Shown: one piece after another, positions 1 to 8,849 of the stretch
Numbering within the stretch: position 1 is the stretch's first letter
How the letters are laid out: each line of letters begins with the position of its first letter
Assembly: GCA_050123975.1 (NCBI GenBank)
Contig: JASFGC010000002.1
Span: 1 to 40,428, forward strand
Origin: Syntrophobacterales bacterium
Lineage (GTDB): Bacteria; Desulfobacterota; Syntrophobacteria; BM002
DNA: 40,428 nt
Reading direction: 5' to 3'
Made by a program: the position numbers and the translations under genes
Notes under the pieces: generated by a model
Seen by the model: the letters and a program-made list of their open reading frames with translations, nothing else
Told to the model about the DNA's origin: nothing
Databases searched by the model: none

Positions 1-2951
1 CTTATCTCAGTGAAGTGGCAGGAATCGAACTAAGCCCTCGCTCTACCATTATGGTGGATCCCGTAACCTATGCTACTGGCAGGGAAGGCGTATTTGCCGG
101 CGGTGATGCCCACACCGGTCCCTGGGTAGCCATCGGGGCAGTGGCGCACGGCAGAGAAGCTGCCATTTCAATTCACCGTTTTCTGCAAGGCGAAGATCTG
201 CGAGCCGGTCGGGACCCTGCAGAAGTCTCGCAAGAAAATTTTATGCCCATTCCTGAAGACATCGTGCTCCAATCGCGCCCTGAGATGGCCAAAGCTGCCA
301 TGGAAAAAAGGCGTACTAGTTTTACCGAAGTGGAGCTTGGACTCACAGAAGAACAAGCCAGGGCCGATGCCGAAAGATGCCTGGACTGTATGATCTGCTG
401 TGAGTGCTATCAATGTGTGGAGGCCTGCCTGGCCGAAGCCGTTGTTCACGACCAGCAGCCTGTGGAAAGAGAGATTGACGTGGGGGCAGTTATTCTGGCG
501 TTAGGCGCGAAGACCTATGATCCCTCTGCCGTAGACTTGTACCTCTATGGCCAACATCCCAATGTGGTAACCAGCCTCGAGTTCGAGCGTATTCTGAGTG
601 CTTCCGGGCCCTATCAAGGCCATATGGTGCGACCGTCGGATGAGAAGGAGCCGGAAAAGATCGCCTGGCTCCAGTGCGTTGGTTCCCGCAACACCAACAA
701 TTGTGACAACGGTTATTGTTCTGGCGTTTGCTGCATGTACGCCATCAAAGAGGCGGTTGTTGCCAAAGAGCATAGCGACAAACCCTTGGACACCGCCATA
801 TTCTTTATGGACATGCGCACCTACGGAAAAGATTTCGAGAAATACTACAATCGGGCCAAAGATGAATTTGGAGTACGTTTCATCCGCTCCCGCATCCATA
901 CACTGTATCCAGTTCCTGATACCGATCAGTTGAGTATTGAGTATACAACTGAAGACGGAAAGATGGCCATCGAAACCTTCGACCTGGTGGTCCTCTCCGT
1001 TGGCATGGAGGTACAGCCGGAGGCTGTTGAACTGGCGGAAAAGCTGGGAATTGAACTCAATCATTACAACTTTACTGCCACCCACGAGTCTACTCCGGTG
1101 AATACCTCGAGGCCAGGGGTTTACACCTGCGGCATCTTCCAGGGACCCAAAGACATACCCATTTCGGTAATGGAGGCCAGTGCCGCGGCATCTGCAGCAG
1201 CAGCGGACCTGGCCGAGTCCAGAGGAACCATGGTGGAAGTATATGAGCCCCCGGTCGAACGGGACCTCAGCGGCGAACCACCCCGTATTGGTGTTTTTGT
1301 CTGCAACTGTGGCATCAATATCGGCTCCGTAGTGAACGTTCCCGATGTTGTTGAGTATGCCGAGACCTTACCGAATGTGGTCTTCACCGATGCCAACCTC
1401 TTCACCTGTTCCCAGGACACCCAAGAAAAAATGAGGGAAGCCATCGAAGAGAACAAGTTGAATAGGGTAGTAGTGGCTGCCTGCTCACCCCGCACCCACG
1501 AGCCCCTTTTCCAAGAGACTCTCAAAGCTTGCGGTCTCAACAAATATCTCTTCGACATGGCCAATATCCGCGATCAAGATTCCTGGGTCCACCAGCAAGA
1601 CCATGGAAAGGCCACAAACAAAGCCAAAGATCTTTTGAGGATGGCCGTGTCCCGAGCCTCCCTGCTGAGACCATTGGTAGAGCGACCCCTGGAGATCAAA
1701 CAGCGCGGCCTGGTAATTGGCGGTGGGGTGGCCGGCATGAACGCGGCCCTGAGCCTGGCGCACCAAGGTTTTGAGGCCGTAATAGTTGAAAAGGAGCGCG
1801 AACTTGGCGGCCTAGCGCGCCAGATTCCCCAAACCATAGAGGGGTGGGATGTTCAGAAATATCTAAATGATCTCATTGTCGAGGTCCAGGAAAATGACAA
1901 AATCGAGGTTCTTACCCAAGCTCTGGTCGTCGGCTCCAGCGGATATAAAGGCAACTTCACCACTGAATTACTGGTGGGGCCAGGTATGTACGAACGCAAG
2001 ATCGACCACGGGGCCACCATTGTGGCCACCGGGGCCGTGGAATACCAACCCAAGGAATTTCTCTACGGCGAGGATTCGAGAGTTATGACCCAGCTGGGTC
2101 TGAGCCAGCTATTGCACGAAAATGGTGACCAGGTTGAAAAGTGGAAAAGGGTGGTAATGGTTCAGTGCATTGGTTCCCGCAATGAAGAAAATCCAAATTG
2201 CAGCCGCATCTGCTGCCAGAATGCTGTCAAGAACAGTCTGGCACTGAAAAAAAGGAATCCTGATCTGGATGTCTATGTCCTCTATCGTGACATGCGCACC
2301 TACGGTCTTCTGGAGGACTACTATGGTGAAGCCAGAAGTAAAGGTGTCATCTTCGCCCGCTTCAGACTTGATCAACCGCCTGAGGTCATCGACGAGGGAG
2401 AAGATCTGAGGGTCACCTTCCTGGACCACGTGCTGGAGCGACCCGTAACCTTAACTGCGGATGCCCTCATTCTCAGCACTGCCACCTTGGCTGCAGACAC
2501 GGAAGAATTGGCATCTCTGCTGAAGGTTCCACGGGACACCGATGGTTTCTTTATCGAGGCCCACGCCAAGCTGAGACCGGTGGATTTCTCTTCCGAGGGT
2601 ATTTACCTCTGTGGTACCGCTCATAGTCCAAAACTCATTAGCGAAAGTATTGCCCAAGCACTGGCTGCTGCGGCCAGAGCCGGCTCCTTCCTGGCCAGTA
2701 CAGATATAACCATCGGCGGCATAGTTGCCCAAGTAGAAGAAAGCCGTTGTGCCGCTTGCCTGGTCTGCGTCAAGGCTTGTCCTTATGGAGTACCCACGAT
2801 AAACCAGGAAAATGTCTCGGAAATAAACGAGGCCCTCTGCCAAGGCTGTGGGATTTGCGCCTCTGAGTGTCCAGCCAAGGTTATTCAGTTGGCACACTAC
2901 GAGGATGACCAAATCAGCGCCAAGGTAGATGCCTTGTTTATAGGAGGATAG
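1..2951 (+). CDS. hdrA: HdrA-family flavoprotein, 5'-truncated by the window edge (end of a GltD-like NAD(P)H module followed by a full HdrA-like unit)
   Basis: The frame is open from nt 3. YLSEVAGIELSPRSTIMVDPVTYATGREGVFAGGDAHTGPWVAIGAVAHGREAAIS aligns with aa ~505-560 of the 1484-aa paralog at 17663-22117. HdrA hallmarks are present: QCVGSR..YCSGVCC and QCIGSRNE..CSRICC, CNCGINIG, a GGGVAGM Rossmann motif, and C-terminal CxxCxxC..CP / CxxCxxCxxxCP. TAG stop at 2949-2951. Confidence 0.85.
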   Translation, partial: YLSEVAGIELSPRSTIMVDPVTYATGREGVFAGGDAHTGPWVAIGAVAHGREAAISIHRFLQGEDLRAGRDPAEVSQENFMPIPEDIVLQSRPEMAKAAMEKRRTSFTEVELGLTEEQARADAERCLDCMICCECYQCVEACLAEAVVHDQQPVEREIDVGAVILALGAKTYDPSAVDLYLYGQHPNVVTSLEFERILSASGPYQGHMVRPSDEKEPEKIAWLQCVGSRNTNNCDNGYCSGVCCMYAIKEAVVAKEHSDKPLDTAIFFMDMRTYGKDFEKYYNRAKDEFGVRFIRSRIHTLYPVPDTDQLSIEYTTEDGKMAIETFDLVVLSVGMEVQPEAVELAEKLGIELNHYNFTATHESTPVNTSRPGVYTCGIFQGPKDIPISVMEASAAASAAAADLAESRGTMVEVYEPPVERDLSGEPPRIGVFVCNCGINIGSVVNVPDVVEYAETLPNVVFTDANLFTCSQDTQEKMREAIEENKLNRVVVAACSPRTHEPLFQETLKACGLNKYLFDMANIRDQDSWVHQQDHGKATNKAKDLLRMAVSRASLLRPLVERPLEIKQRGLVIGGGVAGMNAALSLAHQGFEAVIVEKERELGGLARQIPQTIEGWDVQKYLNDLIVEVQENDKIEVLTQALVVGSSGYKGNFTTELLVGPGMYERKIDHGATIVATGAVEYQPKEFLYGEDSRVMTQLGLSQLLHENGDQVEKWKRVVMVQCIGSRNEENPNCSRICCQNAVKNSLALKKRNPDLDVYVLYRDMRTYGLLEDYYGEARSKGVIFARFRLDQPPEVIDEGEDLRVTFLDHVLERPVTLTADALILSTATLAADTEELASLLKVPRDTDGFFIEAHAKLRPVDFSSEGIYLCGTAHSPKLISESIAQALAAAARAGSFLASTDITIGGIVAQVEESRCAACLVCVKACPYGVPTINQENVSEINEALCQGCGICASECPAKVIQLAHYEDDQISAKVDALFIGG

Positions 2952-2953
2952 AA

Positions 2954-3409
2954 ATGAAAGAGTTTGAACCGAATGTTGTCGCATTCTGCTGTAATTACTG
3001 AGCTTACTCTGCAGCGGACCTGGCAGGTTCCATGCGGCTGGATTATCCACCGAACGTGAAGATCATCAAGGTTCCTTGCACCGGCAGGGTTGATGTCATC
3101 CATATTTTGAAAGCTCTGGAGGACGGGGCGGATGGCGTTATGGTTGCAGGGTGCTTGGAGGGAGACTGCCATTACCAAAGCGGCAACCTCCGGGCCAAAA
3201 AGCGGGTGGCCCATGTGCAACATATCCTTGACCAAATTGGATTTAGTGGTGAACGGGTCGCCATGTATAACCTCTCCGCCGGTATGGGGGTGAGGTTTGC
3301 CGAGATAGCCCGGGAGGTCACCGAAAAAGTTAGGGAATTGGGACCTAACCCCATCAGAAGCGCGCTAGAAGCTTCAAGAGAGTCCACTAAGGAGGCAGTA
3401 CATGGTTAA
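2954..3409 (+). CDS. mvhD: MvhD-type (methyl-viologen-reducing hydrogenase delta subunit-like) [2Fe-2S] protein with an in-frame TGA read as selenocysteine
   Basis: ATG at 2954 with RBS AGGAGGA at 2942-2948. The frame reads MKEFEPNVVAFCCNY-TGA(2999-3001)-AYSAADLAGS and continues into the listed ORF 3032-3409 (..PCTGRVD..AGCLEGDCHY..). Total length is 456 nt, or 152 codons. The TGA aligns with the second Cys of CNWC in the paralog at 17628. Confidence 0.8.
2999..3031 (+). promoter_or_regulatory. UGA(Sec) plus a candidate bacterial SECIS hairpin
   Basis: 14 nt after the UGA lies GGACC(3016-3020)-UGGCA loop(3021-3025)-GGUUCC(3026-3031, one bulged U). The loop starts 19 nt after the UGA and contains GG. 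Confidence 0.5.
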
Positions 3410-4070
3410 GGCAAAACCAAAACCGATTGGCGAGATCATCGACTACGTAAAGGATTTCGACAAGGTACTGGTGGCTGGCTGTGACGGCTGTGTCACCGTA
3501 TGTGAAGCTGGCGGCTTGAAAGAGGTACAGGTGCTGGCCTCTTCCCTGCGGCTCTATTTTACCAAAGAGGGCGAAGGCAAGGATATCGAAGAGACCAGCC
3601 TGACTCGTCAGTGCGACAAAGAATACCTTGAGCCGCTGCTGGACAAGATTGATAACTATGATGCCGTGGTTTCCCTAGCCTGCGGTGTCGGCGCCCAGTT
3701 CATGGCGGAGTTGTACAAGGGTAAACCCATCTTCCCCGGAGTGGACACCTGCTTCATTGGCTCCACCCAGGAGCGGGGCGTATGGGTGGAGCGCTGCCAA
3801 GCCTGCGGCCAATGCATCATTGCGAGCACAGGGGGTATCTGCCCCATTGCCAGGTGTTCCAAACGAATGCTCAACGGCCCTTGTGGCGGCTCCGAGAAGG
3901 GCTCCTGTGAGGTGAGCAAGGATACTCCTTGCGGCTGGCACCTTATTTATGAAAGGTTGAAGGATCTGGAGCAGTTGGACCACTTTGAGGCCCCCACTGA
4001 TCCCAAGGACTGGACCACCAGCCGCGACGGTGGACCCCGCAAAATACTCAAAGAGGATGTGCAGCCATGA
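3402..4070 (+). CDS. metV: MetV, Cys-rich small subunit of methylene-tetrahydrofolate reductase (MTHFR C-terminal-domain family)
   Basis: Motifs AGCDGCVTVC, CQACGQC, CPIARC, NGPCGG and C..WH. The start overlaps the mvhD stop by 8 nt (ATGGTTAA) and the stop overlaps the metF start (ATGA). It is a paralog of 12331-13005. Confidence 0.8.
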   Translation: MVKAKPKPIGEIIDYVKDFDKVLVAGCDGCVTVCEAGGLKEVQVLASSLRLYFTKEGEGKDIEETSLTRQCDKEYLEPLLDKIDNYDAVVSLACGVGAQFMAELYKGKPIFPGVDTCFIGSTQERGVWVERCQACGQCIIASTGGICPIARCSKRMLNGPCGGSEKGSCEVSKDTPCGWHLIYERLKDLEQLDHFEAPTDPKDWTTSRDGGPRKILKEDVQP

Positions 4071-5005
4071 ATAAGACTACACCGAGCAAACTGGAAAAAA
4101 TCTTGGCAGAGGGACACTTGGCCGTTACTTCGGAATGCGGCCCGCCGCGAAACACTGATCTCGAAATAGTAGCGGAAAAGGCTGAGATGATTAAGGATCA
4201 CGTCGATGCCATAAATGTCACCGACAATCAGACATCAGTGGTACGGTTATGCAGCCTGGCCTCTTGCATTCGAATAAAACAGATGGGGTTGGAGCCGGTA
4301 TTGCAAATGGTAACCCGGGACCGCAACCGCATCGCCATTCAGAGTGACATCCTTGGTGCCTCCTCCTTTGGCATTAACAACATACTTTGTCTAACAGGAG
4401 ATCATCAGCAGTTCGGCGATCATCCCAATGCTGCCAATGTCTTTGATCTTGATTCCACTCAGTTGATCCAGACGGTCAAGTTGATGCGGGATGAGGGTAA
4501 GCTGCTGGGAGGCTTCGAAATGAAGAAGCGCCCTGAAATGTTCATTGGTGCAGCAGCCAACCCCTTTGCCGACCCCTACGAGATCAGGGTATCTCGTCTC
4601 GCCAAAAAGGTGGCCGCCGGTTGTCAGTTCATCCAGACCCAATGTATCTACAACATGGAGAAGTTTAAGCTCTGGATGGAGCAGCTGTGCGACCGGGGGC
4701 TGCATGAGAAGGTGGCCATTCTTGCCGGACTCACTCCCATGAAAAACGTGGGCATGGCCAAGTACATGAAAAATCGAGTTCCCGGCATTGATGTCCCGGA
4801 CGATATCATCGAGCGCCTGGCCGCTGTCCCCAAAGAAAAACAGGCAGACGAGGGTATCAAGATCTGCATTGAGCAAATCGAAGAATTAAAAGAAGTAGAA
4901 GGTATTAAGGGGTTTCATATCATGGCCATTGAATGGGAAGAAAAGGTTCCGGAGATAGTTGAGGCGGCAGGTCTTTATCCGAGACCCAAAGTGGATGGAA
5001 GCTAG
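4067..5005 (+). CDS. metF: Methylene-tetrahydrofolate reductase, MetF
   Basis: INVTDNQ, QMVTRDRNR, LCLTGDHQ and FIQTQCIYN are typical of anaerobe-type MetF. It is translationally coupled to metV. Confidence 0.85.
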   Translation: MNKTTPSKLEKILAEGHLAVTSECGPPRNTDLEIVAEKAEMIKDHVDAINVTDNQTSVVRLCSLASCIRIKQMGLEPVLQMVTRDRNRIAIQSDILGASSFGINNILCLTGDHQQFGDHPNAANVFDLDSTQLIQTVKLMRDEGKLLGGFEMKKRPEMFIGAAANPFADPYEIRVSRLAKKVAAGCQFIQTQCIYNMEKFKLWMEQLCDRGLHEKVAILAGLTPMKNVGMAKYMKNRVPGIDVPDDIIERLAAVPKEKQADEGIKICIEQIEELKEVEGIKGFHIMAIEWEEKVPEIVEAAGLYPRPKVDGS

Positions 5006-5163
5006 AACTAATAACGCACCCCACGGTGCAAAAATTATGAATCATACCAATTAAATAGACTTAATTTGTAGGTTGAAAAATATGAATAATTAAGTAGGAT
5101 AAGCTTAATTTCCTTTCACCTACTCTTTTCGTTTCCCTGAGGTGAGGAGAAGGAGGTAATCAG

Positions 5164-5547
5164 ATGTCAAAAAAGTACGTTCTGATCGTTGACGACGATC
5201 CAGATTTGGTGGAAACTGTCGCTATGATGCTGGAGAGCAAGGGTTACGAGGTAGGAAAGGCCTACGATGGTGTAGAGGGCGAGGAATCCATCAAGGAGCG
5301 CCGCCCCGACCTGCTGGTTCTGGACGTGATGATGCCCCGAAAAGATGGTTATAAGCTTTGTGCGGAATTGAAGGCTGACAGCAAAACCCAGGACATCCCC
5401 ATTATTTTACTTACAGCAGTGGGTGAGGCCGTTCCCACAACCAGCTACACCCATGCCCAGGGATTGTCCACCGAGGCTGAAGAGTACATCCCCAAACCGG
5501 TTGATACCAAGACCCTGGTGGAGGCGGTAGAGAGTTTTTTCTCTTAG
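5164..5547 (+). CDS. Single-domain CheY-like response regulator (receiver only)
   Basis: VLIVDDDPD, LLVLDVMMP (phospho-acceptor Asp) and YIPKP. Strong RBS GGAGAAGGAGG upstream. No output domain. Confidence 0.8.
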   Translation: MSKKYVLIVDDDPDLVETVAMMLESKGYEVGKAYDGVEGEESIKERRPDLLVLDVMMPRKDGYKLCAELKADSKTQDIPIILLTAVGEAVPTTSYTHAQGLSTEAEEYIPKPVDTKTLVEAVESFFS

Positions 5548-5594
5548 AAAGTTTCCTAGAGGCAGGGGTCAAACCTGTCGCCGGGTAGTGGGCA

Positions 5595-6605
5595 ATGACG
5601 AAAATCAGGCTTAGAGGCCTCAAACTCCTGGAAGGGGGCGCTCAGGTGCTCTCTTCCGACCTTGGTGGTGGCCAAAATCCCCTGGGAGCAGGCATATGTA
5701 CCCCTCTGGCACTGAACAAAATTAATATCACCTTTCTCACTCATCTCTCCCCCCGTAAGAGCGCAAGCTCTGACACTGCCCTGTGTATGGAAGGTTCTGC
5801 CGGCCGCGCCGTAACCTCTCTGATTGGCACTTACGGTGGGAGCGACCTCGAAGTGCATCTCCATGAGGCTGTCAACACCTTCTCTATCTTCGTCCATGAT
5901 CAAAGACCCCGAGTAACCGGCTCACTCCTTGGAGCTTTGGCGAGAGAAAAGATAGAGTTGCTGGGTCTAGCGAGCTCACCTTCGGCAGTATCGTCCGTTG
6001 TGTCTTCTGCTCATACAGAAGAAACCATCGGTGCCTTCTTTGAGGCCTTTGAATTTCCGGCCTATGGCTCACCCTCCGATTGGTACGCTGCCTATGAAGG
6101 TAAAGAGCACCTCCTCCGCAAGATAATAGCCTCTTATCAAGAACAGGTCATCAAAATATATGATATCGCTCAGGAATCTGACCTCGATCTTTGGAGTTTA
6201 GTTCTGCCCAACTCTGAGTTGAGCAATCTAGGTACTACTTTATCATCCTTGGATCGTTTGGGAGTCAGAATGCCCTTCGTGGTGGCAGTGCAATCCTCTG
6301 AACCGGGCTTACGCTTCGGCTTTTGCTTTGCCAGGGCCAGGGCAAAGGAGATCAAGCACGCTTTCACACGCCACTTACGCAAAACAAATCTAGCACATGA
6401 TCCAGAAGTGGCAGCGTTGTTCATCCATGGTCCACATTTTGGCGACCGCTATGGCATCGCCAGCACATTTGTCGAAGGACTGCAGCGTGCCGGCGTGGCT
6501 ATTTTAGCCATGAGCTGCACCGTCTCTTCCATTTCTGCAATTATCGCTGAGATTGAATTGGATTCAGCTATGAGGACGCTGGACAAGATCTTTCAGAGGC
6601 ACTAG
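5595..6605 (+). CDS. Hypothetical protein with ACT-like repeats (resembles the aspartokinase regulatory domain)
   Basis: The C-terminal LFIHGPHFGDRYGIASTFVEGLQRAGVAILAMSCTVSSISAII resembles ACT domains. The RBS is weak and the start is uncertain. Confidence 0.4.
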   Translation: MTKIRLRGLKLLEGGAQVLSSDLGGGQNPLGAGICTPLALNKINITFLTHLSPRKSASSDTALCMEGSAGRAVTSLIGTYGGSDLEVHLHEAVNTFSIFVHDQRPRVTGSLLGALAREKIELLGLASSPSAVSSVVSSAHTEETIGAFFEAFEFPAYGSPSDWYAAYEGKEHLLRKIIASYQEQVIKIYDIAQESDLDLWSLVLPNSELSNLGTTLSSLDRLGVRMPFVVAVQSSEPGLRFGFCFARARAKEIKHAFTRHLRKTNLAHDPEVAALFIHGPHFGDRYGIASTFVEGLQRAGVAILAMSCTVSSISAIIAEIELDSAMRTLDKIFQRH

Positions 6606-6634
6606 CCCGGATAAATCATGAATTATCCGGGCTA
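6603..6634. terminator. Perfect 12-bp hairpin between convergent genes (possible bidirectional terminator)
   Basis: TAGCCCGGATAA (6603-6614), loop ATCATGAA, then TTATCCGGGCTA (6623-6634). No clear U-tract on either side. Confidence 0.4.
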
Positions 6635-6690
6635 GAATGTTCGGATCTAAGGCATGGACAAGATTGTGGGTCGCGCCTGATCAGGGGCTG

Positions 6691-7296
6691 CTACTTGGGT
6701 GAGGCTATGCTCCCCAGGTAGCGGCTGATGGCACCGTCATACTCATGGGTTAGCTGGAAAACCTTCTTGGCCAAGCGAAATCTGGTCTCAAGGCTGAGCT
6801 GACCTCCGCTGGCCTGCATCTCGTCAAGGATGGCGCCATAGTCTCCTGGATTCACCACTACAGCCACATCCTGATAGTTTTTTGCAGCTGCGCGGAGCAT
6901 GGTGGGTCCACCGATGTCAATGCTCTCTACGGCTTCTTCCAGGGTGCAATCCTCTCTAGCCACGGTCTTTTCAAAGGCATAAAGATTAACCACCACCATG
7001 TCGATGACCTTGAGATGGTGGGAGGCCATGGTTTTCATATGGTCTGGGTTGCTCCGTTGCGCTAGGATTCCTGCATGCACTTTGGGGTGGAGGGTCTTTA
7101 CCCGCCCATCAAGCATTTCTGGAAACCCGGTAAAGTCGGAAACGTCTTGCACCGTGACCCCACCTTCCCTGAGCATGCTGGCTGTGCCGCCGGTGGAGAG
7201 CACCTCTACTCCGAAGTCTTGGAGCTTCTGAGCGAACTCAACCAGCCCGGATTTATCAGTTACACTCAAAATTGCCCGTTGGATTTTGCGCTGCAT
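6691..7296 (-). CDS. Standalone IMP cyclohydrolase / MGS-like domain (PurH N-terminal domain only)
   Basis: [42 protein letters not shown] and [12 protein letters not shown] match the PurH N-terminal domain. The protein ends at the domain boundary. The ATG at 7296 has RBS AAAGGGGGGAG. The longer listed ORF (to 7389) runs into a repeat. Confidence 0.75.
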   Translation of the reverse strand: MQRKIQRAILSVTDKSGLVEFAQKLQDFGVEVLSTGGTASMLREGGVTVQDVSDFTGFPEMLDGRVKTLHPKVHAGILAQRSNPDHMKTMASHHLKVIDMVVVNLYAFEKTVAREDCTLEEAVESIDIGGPTMLRAAAKNYQDVAVVVNPGDYGAILDEMQASGGQLSLETRFRLAKKVFQLTHEYDGAISRYLGSIASPK

Positions 7297-7311
7297 ACTC
7301 CCCCCTTTTTC

Positions 7312-7390
7312 ACTAGGCACTGCAAGGCGACGCGGTGAAACGGCGACACGGAGACGCGGCGAAAAAGCCAGAAGTTGAGAGGAACTCAAT
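7312..7390 (+). repeat. 79-nt interspersed intergenic element, copy 1 (four NNCGGNGA octamers plus AAAAAGCCAGAAGTT)
   Basis: ACTAGGCACTG...GGCGACGCGGTGAAACGGCGACACGGAGACGCGGCGAAAAAGCCAGAAGTTGAGAGGAACTCAAT. It is 69/79 identical (hand aligned) to 33707-33785. Both copies also share CTCTATGCTC further downstream (7439-7448 and 33914-33923). Confidence 0.85.
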
Positions 7391-7496
7391 TTCGAATACT
7401 TTTCTCCTCAATTCTGGATTCTGATTCCTGGCTCCTTACTCTATGCTCCATGCCCCTTAACAACGGACTACGGACGACTTACAACTGACATCCCTG

Positions 7497-8267
7497 TCAG
7501 GCCGCTTCCTCAAGTAAAAGTCTAGTGAAAATTTCGTTGGCCGCTTGGAGAGCCACTGATTGCGGCGGTAACTCCACGGTGGGCTTCCCTTCCAAATCGA
7601 ACTCGTAGATGAGATCGTCTTCAGGGATGGTGCTCACTGAGTTGGGATCGAATGTTTCCGTCTCCTTGGCGACCAATTTTGCCAGTTTGTTTCTATACTG
7701 GTTGACCACAAGGTATTTACGTCCCACTCTTATGTTGAGTTCGTCTACCAAATCATAAATCCGGCGGGCTGAAAGAATGCCTCGTCGACTGGTATCACTC
7801 ACCACCAGAAGCAAATCAATGTCTTTAGTAGTCAGTCGGCTAAAATGCTCCATCCCCGCCTCATTGTCAACAACCAGGTAGGGGTAGTTGCGCATCAACC
7901 GTTCGATGAAAGTGCTGAGCAGATTATTGGCGGCACAGTAACATCCCGGCCCTTCGGGACGACCCATGACTATGAGGTCGAATCCTTTGGCCTCTACCAG
8001 GGCCTGCTCAACCTTCATCTCCATCCACATATCCTTGGTCATCCCCACCGGGACGTCCTTCTTCATCATCTCCCTGGCATCCCCAAGTGTCTCTTCCACT
8101 TGGAGGCCAAGTACCTCGTTTAAATTTGAATTAGAATCAGCATCTACAGCCAATATGGGGCTCATGTCGTTCTCTTTAAGAAAGCGAACAAGCAGGCCGG
8201 CAAGGGTGGTCTTGCCGGTTCCGCCTTTCCCTGCCAGGGCAATAGTGTATCCTTGTTTTCTAACCAT
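7497..8267 (-). CDS. cooC: CooC/AcsF-type Ni-insertion ATPase (CO dehydrogenase maturation factor, MinD/ParA family)
   Basis: Deviant Walker A GKGGTGKTT, AVDADSNSNL, and the GPGCYCAANN CxC metal motif characteristic of CooC. Confidence 0.8.
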   Translation of the reverse strand: MVRKQGYTIALAGKGGTGKTTLAGLLVRFLKENDMSPILAVDADSNSNLNEVLGLQVEETLGDAREMMKKDVPVGMTKDMWMEMKVEQALVEAKGFDLIVMGRPEGPGCYCAANNLLSTFIERLMRNYPYLVVDNEAGMEHFSRLTTKDIDLLLVVSDTSRRGILSARRIYDLVDELNIRVGRKYLVVNQYRNKLAKLVAKETETFDPNSVSTIPEDDLIYEFDLEGKPTVELPPQSVALQAANEIFTRLLLEEAA

Positions 8268-8315
8268 TTGTAGTCCTGAGTTAATCGCCTCCCAAGGGGA
8301 GGGTCGATTAAAGTT

Positions 8316-8771
8316 TTACGCTCCTGGTCCTTTTTTCTTCGGATGGCATTCGCCACAGGTTACTGGGCCCGACTGCTTTTTATTTCTAGAGAGCTGTCGA
8401 TGGCAACCTGTGCACATCCGATGGTATGCCTGCTGCAAGGTTCGTTTAGTCGGGTCCAAGTCCGGCTTGAAGCGAAAGCCGGTCTCATTCTTATGACAGG
8501 AGGCACACTGAATGCCCTCTGCATCTTCTTCAAGTTCCGCCTCGTCCACAATGTTCTCACCACCCTTAAACAGGTGGTGACAATCGCTGCACTCGATTTC
8601 GGCATCAATATGTTGCATGTGAGGAAAGGCCACCGGTGGTCGGCTACGATCAGTGAATACCGACTGGTCATCCAATAAAATATCTTCTGGCTGAGCCTCG
8701 AGATTGACCGCCCACAAGAGGCTACCTATACCCAGAATCAGCAGGCAAACCAGAAAATGTCTCCGTATCAT
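8316..8771 (-). CDS. Periplasmic tetrahaem cytochrome c3-family protein (TmcA-like)
   Basis: Four CxxCH motifs (CSDCH, CASCH, CTGCH, CGECH). N-terminal signal-like MIRRHFLVCLLILGIGSLLWA. The ATG at 8771 is preceded by GGGGAGAGG. Confidence 0.8.
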   Translation of the reverse strand: MIRRHFLVCLLILGIGSLLWAVNLEAQPEDILLDDQSVFTDRSRPPVAFPHMQHIDAEIECSDCHHLFKGGENIVDEAELEEDAEGIQCASCHKNETGFRFKPDLDPTKRTLQQAYHRMCTGCHRQLSRNKKQSGPVTCGECHPKKKGPGA

Positions 8772-8849
8772 GGTACCTCTCCCCACAAGTATATTTTACC
8801 TCACTGGTTATACAGGGCTCGATCTTCACCACAGAACGAACGGCACATA

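Noticed and set aside
5006-5163. The GCACC-CCAC-GGTGC hairpin after metF copy 1, considered as a terminator.
   Set aside because: The stem is only 5 bp and it is followed by an A-run rather than a T-run on the coding strand. That is too weak to call.
6691-7389. The extended 232-aa version of the PurH-domain ORF.
   Set aside because: The extra 31 codons ([24 protein letters not shown]..) are translated from the 79-nt repeat element. The internal ATG at 7296 has a strong RBS and matches the start of the conserved domain.
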